Source of the DNA: Gnetum montanum
Lineage: Eukaryota; Plantae; Gnetophyta
DNA length: 64,000 nucleotides
Assembly: GCA_015680685.1 (NCBI GenBank)
Contig: MNCI01000520.1
Span: 1,411,412 to 1,475,411 of the forward strand
Direction of reading: 5' to 3'
Both the position numbers and the translations under genes were made by a program. The notes beneath the pieces were generated by a model. It was given only the letters and a program-made list of their open reading frames with translations. It was not told the DNA's origin and ran no database searches. Positions 1 to 12,739 of the stretch are shown in pieces. The stretch's first letter is position 1; the number at the start of each line of letters is the position of its first letter.

Positions 1-2
1 TT

Positions 3-753
3 ATTCGACAGAAATCAGCCATCGAGATTAGTGCATGGCAGAATGAGGCTAAACGACACGAGAAGCTGAAGGAGCACTTCCGTGACCAGGTGGGGATGTA
101 CAAACAGATCCTGGAGAAGGAGATCCATATGGCAAAAGCCCAAATCAACAACATCAGTGCCCAGCACACTGATTGGGGGGCCAAATTGGACACTTATGCC
201 TATACCCACCAGGCGGAAATCAAGAACCGGGACCTGCAGATCCAAGACTTAACCGAATACATGGAGTTGGCCAACCTTCGATATGCCAACCTGGCCATGT
301 TAACAGCAGGACGCCCGAGGTCAGAGCTCGAGCAGCAGGTAGCTTCCACCTACATCAAATATGAAGCAGAGTTTGCAGAACGAAAGAAGTTGGCTGAAAA
401 ATTAGATGTTGCAAATTCTGAACTCGCGGTGGTAAAAGAGAGCTACCAAGGGCAGAAAGATGTGGCAACCGACTTGGCTCGACGGCTGACAAAACTTCAC
501 GAATACAAAGACAAAGCCAGAGCCTTTGAAGAGGAAAGACGGGTGTTTGCGGCGTGGTACATCAAAGCTAATCAGATGTTCCCGCAACTACCCTGTCCGT
601 GGGAAGTGCCGACTCCATCCAACATTGGAGCATCAGCATGGACGACACAAGACCCTCAGACCGAAGAGGAGAAGCTCTAGGCTATTCTTCAGCGTCATTA
701 GTCTTCAAAACTTGGAGCACGTGACAAGGGGAAAGCACCCATGGAGGAGCCAC
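3..753 (+). pseudogene. Coiled-coil-rich ORF fragment, probably a retrotransposon accessory ORF; open from the window edge
   Basis: The frame of ORF 90..680 is open back to base 3 (IRQKSAIEISAWQNEAKRHEKLKEHFRDQVGM...). It continues past two TAG stops (likely CAG>TAG) to DKGKAPMEEP at the gap. It is E/K/Q/A-rich and helical-looking, and retains CpG unlike most of the window. Confidence 0.55.
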
Positions 754-1283
754 NNNNNNNNNNNNNNNNNNNNNNNNNNNNNNNNNNNNNNNNNNNNNNN
801 NNNNNNNNNNNNNNNNNNNNNNNNNNNNNNNNNNNNNNNNNNNNNNNNNNNNNNNNNNNNNNNNNNNNNNNNNNNNNNNNNNNNNNNNNNNNNNNNNNNN
901 NNNNNNNNNNNNNNNNNNNNNNNNNNNNNNNNNNNNNNNNNNNNNNNNNNNNNNNNNNNNNNNNNNNNNNNNNNNNNNNNNNNNNNNNNNNNNNNNNNNN
1001 NNNNNNNNNNNNNNNNNNNNNNNNNNNNNNNNNNNNNNNNNNNNNNNNNNNNNNNNNNNNNNNNNNNNNNNNNNNNNNNNNNNNNNNNNNNNNNNNNNNN
1101 NNNNNNNNNNNNNNNNNNNNNNNNNNNNNNNNNNNNNNNNNNNNNNNNNNNNNNNNNNNNNNNNNNNNNNNNNNNNNNNNNNNNNNNNNNNNNNNNNNNN
1201 NNNNNNNNNNNNNNNNNNNNNNNNNNNNNNNNNNNNNNNNNNNNNNNNNNNNNNNNNNNNNNNNNNNNNNNNNNNNNNNNNNN
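754..1283. other. Assembly gap (N run)
   Basis: Run of n. Confidence 1.
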
Positions 1284-1683
1284 TGCGCTTGGTAATCCCA
1301 GTGGCGTACCTAGGCCTATGCTTGGTAGTCCCAGTGGCAGTCGTGCACGAAGTCCAAGATGTGTACGGTTGATCAAGGAATCGGTTGCTCGTCGCACTTA
1401 GGCTAGATTAGATTTTCTTACCCTTTTCCTCTTAGCTTAGATTAGTTAGTATTATTTTCCACTGCCTTCATGAGTAGCAATAGAATTAGGACACATCATA
1501 CACCTCATCTAGACTAAACCATACGTGACATATGCAAAACTAGTCTAGATGGGAAGACAACGAACTGCGACCTAAGGATAACTATCTAGATACCACAACT
1601 AGTCCATCTGCGGAGTTCAACCGGATCGCGCATGCGACGCTCGTTTCGTATGGTTGAGTGTAGGGGTACCTTGCCACTCATCA
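1284..1683 (+). repeat. 3' part of an alpha-family LTR (copy 0)
   Basis: Ends GTATGGTTGAGTGTAGGGGTACCTTGCCACTCATCA, the same terminus as 17424 and near-identical to 23409 and (inverted) 7335. No PBS follows, so this is a 3' LTR or solo LTR. Confidence 0.85.
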
Positions 1684-3165
1684 GTAACACATGAGAATGA
1701 GTAAGAAAATGAACTTTTAGTAGTGATGCAACCTTTGATAGAAGAATTTGTTGATATATTCAAGGGTACATTACAACGACTTCCTCCTATAAGGTCTATT
1801 CAAAATTAAATTGACTTCATACCAAGGCAACCATAAAAAATGCGAGAGCTTACCAAATGACTACACATCAGAGGTAGAAGCTTTAAAAGTAGGTTAGTGA
1901 ATTTCTCTCAAATAGTTTCATTAAGGAGTCAATATTCCCATGTATAGTACCGTTAGTGTTAGTTCTAATAAAGACATTGATGAGATGAAAATGTGCATTG
2001 GTTATAAGATTGCTAATAGGATCATTATCAAGTATTGTTTTGTTATTTCTAGGATGGATGACATTCTTGATATTCTTGATAATATTGAAGTCTTTTCCAA
2101 GATTGATTTGAAGAGTGATTATTATTAAACTAAGGATTAGACTTGGGGAGGAGTGGAAAACTACTTTCAAAACTCTAGATGAGATGTATGAGTGGTTAGT
2201 TATGGCATTTGGGCTAAGAAATGCTCTTGATACTTTTAAGAGATTAATGCATGATGCATTGAGAGGGTTAATAAGTAAATATTGTATTGTATTTTTAGAT
2301 GATATCTTTGTTTATAGTTCCAATGAGGGTGAGCATGTATAACATCTTAGGAAGGTGTTCTTAAAATTACATAGGCTTAATTGGTAATAAAAATGAAGAA
2401 ATGTAACTTCTTTAAAAGGAAGATTATGTATTTGGGTAATATTATCTCCAAAAACCAAGTGAAGATTAAGCCTAGTAAGATCAAGGAAATTAGAGGTTGA
2501 ACTTCACCAATGAATGTTGGAGAGATGAGATCTTTCTTTGGGTTTATTGGTTTTTATAAAATAATTATTAGAAATTTTAGTTCTATTTCATGTCCAATAC
2601 TTTCTTATTTGAAGAAAACTATATATTTTGTGTGGGGTGATGAACAAGAGAAATCATGTCAAGCCTTGAAGGAAAAACATTTATAGTGCTCATGTGCTTA
2701 GCATTCCAAATTTTGCCAATATTTTTGAAGTGGAGGTGGATGCAAGTAGACTTATAGTTGAGGGTGTTTCATCTTAATAATGTAAGCCCATTGTATTTTT
2801 CTTAGGGAAGCTAAATGAATTAAGGAAAAAGTATAGTATTTATGAAAAGAAATTTTATGGTATACTCCAAGCTATTACACATTCGAGACATTACTTGTTG
2901 GAAAGTGAATTTTTAATTTTAATTGATTACAAGGCCTTGTAATTATTGAATTCATAAAAGAAGTGTGAAACATATGAAATGGATAGAGCAACTCTAAGAG
3001 TTTCACTTTGTGTTCAAGCATAGAAATTTGGAAAGTAATGTGGTAGCATATGCCCTTTCTAGGATTCATGTGATGAATCATTCATATATACAAATAAAGG
3101 AACTTAAGGGTTTTACTTCTTTGTATATAGATGATGCTAATTTTGGTGAGATTTAAAAAGATCTT
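1684..3165 (+). pseudogene. pol: Element A: decayed Ty3/gypsy chromovirus (CRM-like) RT-RNase H
   Basis: Motifs FSKIDLKSDYY, EEWKTTFKTLDEMYEWLVMAFGL, VFLDDIFVYS and FEVEVDAS, with many stops and frameshifts. Cut at 3166 by the LTR of element B. Confidence 0.9.
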
Positions 3166-4164
3166 TGACGAGCCAGCCAAATTTCTAGGGCTAGATTACT
3201 CTTGTTGTAGAAGTGTTACCTTGTCTGTAACTAACGCATCAATCATATTCATGGAGGAATGGTCCAAAGCCAAAGAAATCATCAAGACATAAAAGAATTA
3301 GGGTTAAATCCAATCAAATCCCACATTTAGGACTATTACTCCACTGTAAAATCATAAATCATCACCTTAACTTCTAATCTTAAGCTTAAGAGTGAGAATT
3401 AATACTTAAATCACATTGAAATCATAAAGTACAAACATGGATTGTGAAGATCACAAGGGAGGTATCACCCAATTTATGATTCTGTCTCATTGTTACCATG
3501 GTGTAGCAACCTCAATAACTCACCAATGGAATCTAATAGACATTAGTTACTATAAGGCTTAATGGATCTTCACTTTAATAATTGTTCAAGGAAAATTAAA
3601 AATTAGGTTTCAAATTGATGTGGATTCTCCTAGGTATAGACTCCCCTTATTAGGTGCAGTGATCTTCCATTTCTAATTAGGAAAAAGTCATAAAAAATTT
3701 ATATCGATATTCATCAAGGGAATTGATAAGGATTGATACAATGCTATGATGGTATTGAATTATATTGTCCTAGCTATGTCCTTCAATGGCCAATTCATGT
3801 CACTCTTGTGGTGTAGATCAATATCTCCATTTCATGATGAGGTGCAACTTTGTTTTGTCTAATGATATTAATCTTCATCATGAATGGTGTAGAAATAAAT
3901 ATGATTTAGGTTGATCTCAATTGATTGGGCAATGTGGATTGATATAGTTATTCTTTAGAATATATTGAAATTCTCATTCCCAGTCAATATCCTTATTGAT
4001 ATTTGTTGATCCTACAATATCTTGCAATAACATAGACTCAACAAAGCAATTAGTCCTTATCCCTTTGCATCTAAGAAATTGATGCACTTTGATATATTAA
4101 AAAAATAAAAAATAAAAATTAAACAAGTTTTAACATGAAAACTCAAGCATTTGGGGGTCCAACA
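3166..4164 (-). repeat. Element B 3' LTR (~1.0 kb)
   Basis: The minus strand starts TGTTGGACCCCC right after the PPT and ends GGCTCGTCA. Its last ~410 bp match the 5' LTR remnant. Confidence 0.75.
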
Positions 4165-4176
4165 TAGCCCCCTACG
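4165..4176 (-). promoter_or_regulatory. Polypurine tract (PPT) of element B
   Basis: Minus strand reads CGTAGGGGGCTA directly before the LTR TG. Confidence 0.65.
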
Positions 4177-4499
4177 AGCCTTTAGCCAGTGCCTAGTCAA
4201 CAAAGGTGGTAATATTAAAGTAAAGAGAGATCCATTCTATATCAACATGTCTATATGTATTAATAGAAACTTTATTTCCCATAACACAATGGCCAAGCTT
4301 TACTAGTAAAAAATTGAAATAAATAATACTTGTAATAAAAACAAGCTTTTTCTTTAAATGGTAATAACAATCAAATTATCCATGAACTTTAAACATTAAA
4401 GATTTAGAAATTTCATAGTTCAAGTTTGAAAAAGAAATTACATAACCTAGAAAGATAAAACATGTTTCAACCACAAAATGACTCAATTGCCCATACAAA

Positions 4500-5800
4500 T
4501 AACAAAAATGAAATTAAATTTTTAGTAGGATCAAGCCTCTAATCCTCATTCTCATGCCATGTGCTCCTTGAAGTGAGAGGGTTGAATCCCTCTCATCATC
4601 ATCTTTGATTTGAGGGTGAAGATTCTACTTGATGTTCAATATCCTCCTGTCCATGGTTGAGAGAGTGGAGTTCACCTTCTTCAAAACTGTTAGAATCTTG
4701 TGCTATGTAGACTTCACTTCTTGTAATTGAGCTTGCATCTCTTCCTAGAATTTCTAAAGTTCACTATCCTTAGGTGCTAATGAGGAGCCTAGGTTCTTAG
4801 ATTCCTTAACTAAGGAGCTAACCTTGGTGTAGATTTTGAGGGATTAGACGAAGTGTTCTTTTTTAGAATAGTAAGATGCATCTTGATGTCCATTTGGGGT
4901 TTTGGCATTCCCAGCTTCCTCAAAATCAATGAAATAGGAAAAGGAAAATAAATTTTAAGTGCATCATTATTATAGTAATACACATTGTACTTGATTGGTA
5001 GGTATACAAAATTTTCCTCTTCATCAAACTTCAAAGCCTTCATAACTTGGAGAGTTTGACTTAGGATGTAGGTGGTGTGTATGGATAATAAGACATTTTT
5101 AATGATCATCTTGGCCACCACACAATGCTCGAGGTGTAGGTTCAAGAAGTGGAGCCTGTGGGTCTACATCTTAGTAGAGTCCAATTCTCTAATGAATTGA
5201 TGGAAGAGATGATATTTTTCTTTTGTTTTGGCTTTGAGCTTGAAGATGTCCTCCCCCTAGCTAGAAGGCCAAACCACTCTTGAAGTTTGATTGTAGTGAT
5301 CTTCACCCTAGTTTTCCTCATAGAGGAAACCAGGTAATGTTTAGGAGGATGTGCCTTGGTGATATGAGGCTTTAAGTTCTTGTAAAACTCCAAGACTTTC
5401 TCATGGTAGAACTAGTCAATGGGGGGTCTAATAAACTACCCACATCCCATGGCCTTAATCTATTATTGTATTGTGGCATTGGTGTGGTCAAATCACTTTG
5501 TATAATCTACCTCATAATGGTAAAAAAACATTTTGAGTCTCTTAGCCATAGACACCTATAACATAAGAAGAAAATTTAACATGAAAAAATTATTCTCAAT
5601 CTCCTCACCAAGGCTCATTCTTACCTAAGCTTGCACAGTCGTGAAGGATTCAGTCACTTATACCCTCCTTGCACATGATATTTACTAGAAGAGAAAAAAT
5701 GTCATTATCCAAATCAAAAAATATATCGAAATAACCTCTAACTTGGAGAGATATTTCTTAATTGATGTCTAGAAATGTGGCATTGAGGTGGTGGGATCTC
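4500..5800 (-). pseudogene. Athila env-like/ORF2 remnant
   Basis: FYHEKVLEFYKNL (compare Athila V.EFYAN) and YFPFPISLILRKLG (compare LPFPSLIT.L), lying between pol and the PPT in sense orientation. Frameshifted; boundaries approximate. Confidence 0.65.
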
Positions 5801-7334
5801 TAATTTCTTTGTTGTAATCTAGAAGCAAGGTAAGCAGAGAGAGCGGTGAGTTGAACACTAGTCATATAGGAGTATAAAAGAAATAACTTGTGGGGGTAAT
5901 TTTTAGCTCAATTAGTGATGCTTGGCATGGTATGAGCCCTTGCTTATCTAACTAGGGTTGTTGAAGGATCAAAAGGTGCAAAGAAGACAATGGAGTGATG
6001 GAGAAGTGACCCTAATCAAGAGAAAAAGACATGCAAAGGTTGGAAGAAGGTTTTGTAGGGATAAGATCTATCCCTGCAGGTTGTGGATTTATATTATAAG
6101 GCCACCACCTTTCTATTACCTTTTATTTTTTTAACTTTTTCATCATATCGATCTTCATTGAAGAATTGATGTTGTTTGATCTTCATTACGTTGAACTACA
6201 TCATGACTATGACTAAAATCATTATAATTGTTCTTAAGACTCTCAACATATCAAAGTTCATCGTGATCATGTTGTTTAGATGTGAAATTTTTGGAAAAAA
6301 TATTTATTTATCAATCTATATCAATATGGTTGAGATGAATCAATATCACTATATATTAACTTATCAAAGTTCATCACGGTTGCATTGTTCAAATGTGAAA
6401 GTTTTGGAAAAGACATTTTTTTTGTATTGATCCACATTGATATGACCAATGTGGATTGATATCACTGTATAATAAAATATTGACTTGAATCAATGATATT
6501 GATATATTCATTTATATCATAAATGTAAATTTTACCTCTATTTATTGGAATCACATGACTCGATATACTTCAATTCCTTTTTTAACAAGACATCGATAAC
6601 ACAATGTCTATTGATATCATTAAATATTAAGAATTTCTTCTCTTATAGTTCTTCCAAGGAAATCAATTCTATGATGTCTCTCAATAAAATAATTTTATTA
6701 ATTGCATGTTATCACACCCTTTGGTATAAATCGATCTGATTGAAATAAAAGAAAGTAATTTTATTAGCTATAATAAAAATTATTTTCTTATTTTCACTTC
6801 TTATTATTAAATCATATTGTTAAGGTAGACGTTCATATATAACTTAGTTAGGGAGGCCCTTTCTATAATTATTTGGGCTTAAAACATCTCCTGATAAGGT
6901 TTTATTTGTTTGTTAAAAGGATGAGTTATAATCTCAAGGTTTCTACCTTTCCTAAGTTCTAAGAATCTAAGATGCATTTCTTTCAAAAAACTCATTCCCT
7001 AACTTGCTCTTAGATTAGCTTCCATGTTGGTTATACCCTACTATTCTACCCAATTTAAAGTTGCTTACCCTACTAATCTAGGTTATGTACCTAGCCTAGG
7101 TTAATTAATTGAATGATTAATATTAGGGATTATACTGAAGATAAGCTAGGAGAATAGAATAAAAGAAAAAATGCAATGGATTTTATATATTCTCCCCTAA
7201 ATTTGAGACACTAGTAAACTTTGATCTTTCAATCATTAGTATCCATAATGCTTTGTCATAGTAGGGATCTCAACCACTGACTCTTATGGAAGACATATTG
7301 GGAAACAATTGACTGATTAAAGAGTTAGAAGTAT

Positions 7335-8120
7335 TGATGAGTGGCGAGGTACCCCTACACTCAACCATATGAATAAAAGCGTTTCACACGTGATCTGGTT
7401 GATCTCCAAGGACTAAGTGCTTACGCATCCTAATGGAACACTTAAGGTTAATCAATCACTATCTTCCCAAAATTACTTGTATTGTCACGGTTGTATGGTT
7501 AAGTAAGTTTGAGGTATATGATTTTTATGTCTTTTATCTTTTTAACACCTATGCCAAGAGGGGAAAGGTGAAGAGACTAAATAACTAACTTTCATTAACT
7601 AAGTTCTAATCATCCTAGCACCGGTATCCATTCCCACTTACCGTACACACCATGAACTAGCATAATGCTACTAGGATTACCAAATGCTATTCGTTCTTGG
7701 GTTACCAAGTGTTACACACGTGCTTGATGCAGTCGTACTGAATGCACTTAACTAGGAGAGTTAAGGGTTGAGAGAGATTAATTATATAAGAAAGAATTTA
7801 AACATTTAACAGTAATTAAATCCTATTTAGCTTAGTCCATATGCTGCAAGGTTTATCAGAAAGTTCATCTTTATTGCCATACACAAATGTGTGCTTAGGT
7901 ACAATTTTCTCAAATAAAGATCCATTCACTTTAAGACTCCTACTGTAGGCACATGGAAATTATTCTAACTCTAGAATGGTAAAACTGCTATAGTTTGGCT
8001 AAGGGTCTAGATCTAGATGGGAAAATAAGGGAAAGCTGCCTATTATTTATAGGAATGATAGTAGGCCACGAGATTGCGTAAGCGATATCGCAGGGGACGA
8101 CGTGATATCACAGCTCATCA
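7335..8120 (-). repeat. Alpha copy 1 3' LTR (786 bp)
   Basis: TG...CA with a 7-bp terminal inverted repeat and a CTATAAATAA TATA box near 8042-8051 on the minus strand. Direct repeat of 11159-11781. Confidence 0.9.
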
Positions 8121-8135
8121 TACCCCCATGACTGA
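8121..8135 (-). promoter_or_regulatory. PPT of alpha copy 1
   Basis: Minus strand TCAGTCATGGGGGTA abuts the LTR start. Confidence 0.75.
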
Positions 8136-10020
8136 ATAAAAACTCATCCTCAAGTTCCTTACAAAATATTGGGAAGGTATGAGATTATTGACTTGAATGA
8201 TACTAATGGTAATTAGGGTGACATGTGAACGGATCATCATTACAATACATGAGAAAATTAGTGTTCATAACAACAAGAGTGAGCACTACACACATTTGAC
8301 ATCTACCCTTATTTGACAATTAAGAGAGAGAGAGAGAAAGAAAGAAAAAGAAGTTTGTTGCTGCCAATGCCAAGATTGCGCCTTTTGTTATTCATCTGTA
8401 AGCACCCCATAAATCTTGTTCTTTGCATAACTGCTTCAACACTAATCCATCTCAAGTGTTCCCTCCAGATCCAATCCGTGGTTATATGATTGCCATATGC
8501 ACACACAACATAGTCTTATATTAACAAGGATAAATGAATCACAATGCAGTTTATACCTTGCCTCAGTGTAAGGTCCATTGGTTGAGTTGTGATATGGATG
8601 ATGTGGATTTTGGAGATATAATAATGGTGACTACCCAAGGTGTAGGGGTTAGGAGAAAATCAAAAAAATTGGACTAGGACCCCCATGACTAATTGCAAAC
8701 CTCCAGTAGTGAGAGAATGGAAAAAGATAAGGAATAAGAAAGATGGAGAAAAATAGACAACTGTAACACTGATGAAATGGATGTCAGGGATGGTAATGAA
8801 CAAATAAATGTTGATTGCAAAACTGTTTAAGGGAAAGAAATTAATGGATGCACCAAATAGGAATGCCAGTGGGTCCTCCCCAAAGTAGGCTCATGCCCTT
8901 AATGCCTTGACAATCCTACATTCAAAGAGTCCGTAGGCTCTAGAAATGTCATTTGGAAGCAAGAGTTAAATTTTTACCCACAAGAGTTTACCAAAAAGAA
9001 AACAGTGCATCCACCAAAAGATGGACTACTGATACAACCGGTAATGAGGTGAAAAATGGAGGAAGAAGGATGGAAAGAAGAGGATGGAATGAAGTCTCAA
9101 GAATGAGGTGATGTACAACCTCGTGTGTATTAATGGTTAATGGGACTTGAGAGTTCTCATTCCAACTCTAGCCTCAAACAATCCACATCTAGTGACTTCG
9201 CATTAATACATTCGGCTAATCCATCCATCCAAAGTAACAAGAATGCCTTCACCACAGAGTCACCACCATTTCGATAAAACGAAAGAGGAGAAAGTAGGAA
9301 GCGAGAAGGACCTTAGTTAGAGGGAACATGTTTATTTTAGTTCCATAACCAATGCTTGTAGCCTAAGTGATTATTTTGTCTAAGGAATGTGCTTTCAATT
9401 CCCACCATTTTTTTGTTCTTTTGTTTTTGTTTTTGTGTGAGAACCACACCATGCAAAGAATTGTTATTTTTATTTGCTTAGCTTCCCAATAATGTGGTAA
9501 CATCGGAATGGTAAGAAAACTCAAGAAGAAAACATCCAAGCACCCAAGAGAATGGCCAACACAAATGCATCAAATCCCCTTGAAGTCACACCCTTTTTAA
9601 TCCTTGAGTCCTTCCTTAGTTTGATAAATACCCAGTCACCGATTCATTGATAGTTCTTATTATTTATTTTGAAGAAAGGAACTGTATAGTTCCAAGCTAA
9701 GAGAGAGACCATAGAAATTTATGGATGCATGGATAATGTGAATTCATTGCCTATTATATCAAAAGAACCATACCTTAGTATCAACATCATATCTCAAAGG
9801 TAAAAACCAAACATTAGCAACCAATAGAATATAGTTCATACCATCATCAGGAGCACTTATTTGGTGACAAACTTAACAAAATGGAGAAACACACACACCC
9901 ACACAAATAAAAGAAAAAGTACGAATGATGTTGTAAAAAAAGAAGAAGAAAAAGTTAAAGAAATTTGTAAAAAAAATTGTGTAAAACAAAACCTTAAAAA
10001 GAACTGAGGGCCTTGATTGA

Positions 10021-10930
10021 TCAGCATAGGTGGCCATCTCCCCCATGACTGAGTTGGAAGGGAAAGATCCGAAACAACGAGTAAGGTCGCCCACTCTCAG
10101 AGGTGTAATGTGCATTGATCATTGTAGATTTATGATAAGGGTTGGTCTGTCGCACACTAACTAACATTATCTTATCAGAGCATTTGTTTGAAGTTCTTGG
10201 AGATTTCCAACTTTCCCTAATTGATGGTTTCAAGTTAAGTGTTGGAAGTTGGTGACACTCTTGCTTCAGTGTATCTATGCTTTCGATGTAGGCACAAGTT
10301 GTTTCCCTGGTTAGTTCCATGCATGTTGGTGAGTTGCTCTCTTGATTAGCTATCAACCACTAGGTGTTTTCTTGTTGTGTGGTTGCTACATATAGGCATT
10401 TTTGTATGTTAACTTTCTAGGCACACTGGTTGCATGCAGGAAATGCTGAACATTCCTGTACGCTATCACCCTCTGTATCACTGTATGTGATGCATGGAAC
10501 CTTCTTCTTCTCGATCTTTCCATAAGTGTTTTCCTTAGATATTTTCAGGGAAAGATCATGGATTCCTAGGTATGCATTTATGGTACTAAGCCATGTCCTT
10601 CCCATTATTATTAGGAAGTCCCCTTTGTCATTGTTGACTTGTATCACTAGGAAATCAGCTAGGTATGCCCAACCACACATAGTGGTAACGATGTCCTCCA
10701 CCAATCCTAAAGGAATGGTGATGGACTGGTCAGCCAGCTCTAAGTGAGTATTGCTCTTCTTTAGTGGAGGTAGGTTTTAAGCTTTATACATCTCTTGTGA
10801 TATTAAGTTGACTTCGGAACCTGAGTCAAGAAGAGCTTTATGTGGTTCATTCCCAGTGACTTGGAGGTAGATTAAGGGACTTCTAGGATCAAAGGATTTC
10901 TTGGGAAGGTGGACCTCCTTGATCTAGTCA
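10021..10930 (-). pseudogene. Athila-type aspartic protease plus C-terminal tail (alpha copy 1)
   Basis: ALLDSGSEVNLIS, LELADQSITIPLGLVEDIV and LIIMGRTWLST. Ends FPFQLSHGGDGHLC*, the same stop position as copy 2. Confidence 0.85.
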
Positions 10931-11097
10931 GTGATGGTATGTGTTAACATAACCGTGTGCGTGGAGCTTTGTTTTTGGTTTGAAGAGAGCTCCGAAGCCT
11001 TATTTGATGGAGAGGCGTTTAGAGGCTCAACCACTTGTGGTTGTGAGAGCTTGTTTGGATTGTTGGTTTTGAAGAAAGGTCTTCTCTTTGTATGGTT

Positions 11098-11156
11098 GTC
11101 AGAACCAGTAGTAGGTTGAAGGTCAGAACTAGTAGTAGGTTGAAGGTCAGAACCAG
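11098..11156. repeat. 24-bp tandem repeat (~2.5 copies) at a deletion breakpoint
   Basis: GTCAGAACCAGTAGTAGGTTGAAG at 11098 and 11122 (one mismatch), partial at 11146. Confidence 0.9.
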
Positions 11157-11158
11157 CA

Positions 11159-11781
11159 TATGTCTTTTATCTTTTTAACGCCTATGCTAAGAGGGAAAAG
11201 GTGAAGAGACTAAATAACTAACTTTCATTAACTAAGTTCTAATCATCCTAGCACCAGTATCTATTCCCACTTACTGTACACACCCTAAACTAGTGTAACG
11301 CTACTGGGATTACCAAATGTTATTCGTTACTGGGTTACCAAGCATTACACACGTGCTTGAAGCGGTTGTACTGAATGCACTTAACTAGAAGAGTTAAGGG
11401 TTAAGAGAGATTAATTATCTAAGAAAGAATTTAAACATTTGATAGTAATTAAATCATATTTAGCTTAGTACATATGCTACAAGGTTTATCAAAAAGTTCA
11501 TCTTTATTATCGTACACAAATGTGTGCTCAGGTACAATTTGCTCGAATAAAGATCTGTTTACTTTAAGACTCCTACTACGGGCACATGGAAATTATTCTA
11601 ACTCTGGAATGGTAAAACTGCTATAGTTTAGCTAAGGGTCTAGATCTAGATGGAAAAACAAGGGAAAGTTACCTCTTATTTATAGGCATGAAGATAGGCT
11701 GCAATATCGTGTACGCAATATCGTAGGGGACGACGTGATATCGTGGATGCGATATTGCATACGCAATATCGTGGCTCATCA
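11159..11781 (-). repeat. Alpha copy 1 5' LTR, lacking its 3' ~190 bp
   Basis: Matches ~7526-8120. Confidence 0.9.
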
Positions 11782-12739
11782 AGTACCTATGAAGATAATA
11801 GGTGGTAGCTTGAAAGAAAAGTGGGGAAATATAGATCAAGATGGAAAAGTGAAATAGAAATGAAAAATAACTTAATTAATATAGAAAATAAAAGGTTGAT
11901 AAACAACAGTCCTTGATGTATAACTAGCACAATCCAAGAAACTAAATAAGTTGAGGAAGGTAAATGGGTAAAAATGATGGTAGATGTTAAAATACATCCT
12001 TAGGTAAGTCAACCTATATTGTATAGTATTATATCCCAGCTCAAAGATGGTGGCATATAAAATTATATTTAAGGATCATTGCTTCACCCATATGTACTTT
12101 GCTCACAAAGGGGGTTCATGTGGAATGCTTTAAATTATGAGCTATTGAGTATCACCCCAATTGTAAGATTCTTGTAGTAGTGTGGATCTACTCATGATTA
12201 AAGGTTCTTGTGGGGCCATCTCTCTCTCTCTCTCTCTCTCAAAATAACTATATTCAACCTTCTTCAATCATGAGGTTCTTGTGGAAGTCAAATTCATTTT
12301 GTATTTTTTATTTGAATGGGCTACTCACATGGGCATTGATTACATTTCAAATGCCTTTAAACCTTAGATTTTGGACCCAATATAACACACCATTTTCACC
12401 TTATTGACGTATCCAAGTAGGTAATTAATAAAACCATACACTAATAAGCATTAAACTAAACTTACCAACTTCACCCCATGACTCATGGAACCTATACCTA
12501 AGGAATATTATTTGAAAAGAAAAAAGTAAATTTTATTATATATAATTTATGTATTTAGTATCTAAGGGTCACCCTTAGTTGGATTTTGGATTTAGGGGGA
12601 GTTTTCCTTCTGCTTTGCACTCTAGACATGATGCTAATGAATTCTTTATAGTCCCAACTAATAATAGAATTTCCTATTTCCCTGTACATTTTTCAAGGTA
12701 AAAGCTATAGATTGTTAAGATTTTTTTATTATTATAATA

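Larger units (their letters stand above)
7335..11781 (-). mobile_element. Alpha copy 1: non-autonomous LTR element with an internal deletion of U5, PBS and gag
   Basis: Termini TGATGAG/CTCATCA. Flanks AGTAT (7330-7334) and AGTAC (11782-11786) form a 5-bp TSD with one transition. The interior is collinear with 19905-22190. Confidence 0.9.

Noticed and set aside
526-1401. Long ORFs spanning N runs (also 22160-22865)
   Set aside because: Artefacts of translating assembly gaps.
12219-12241. Microsatellites: (CT)n here, (GA)n ~8324 and ~26774, (TG)n ~21056, (GAT)n ~48652
   Set aside because: Short and common. The (GAT)n run is probably a poly-Asp tract of the antisense gene.
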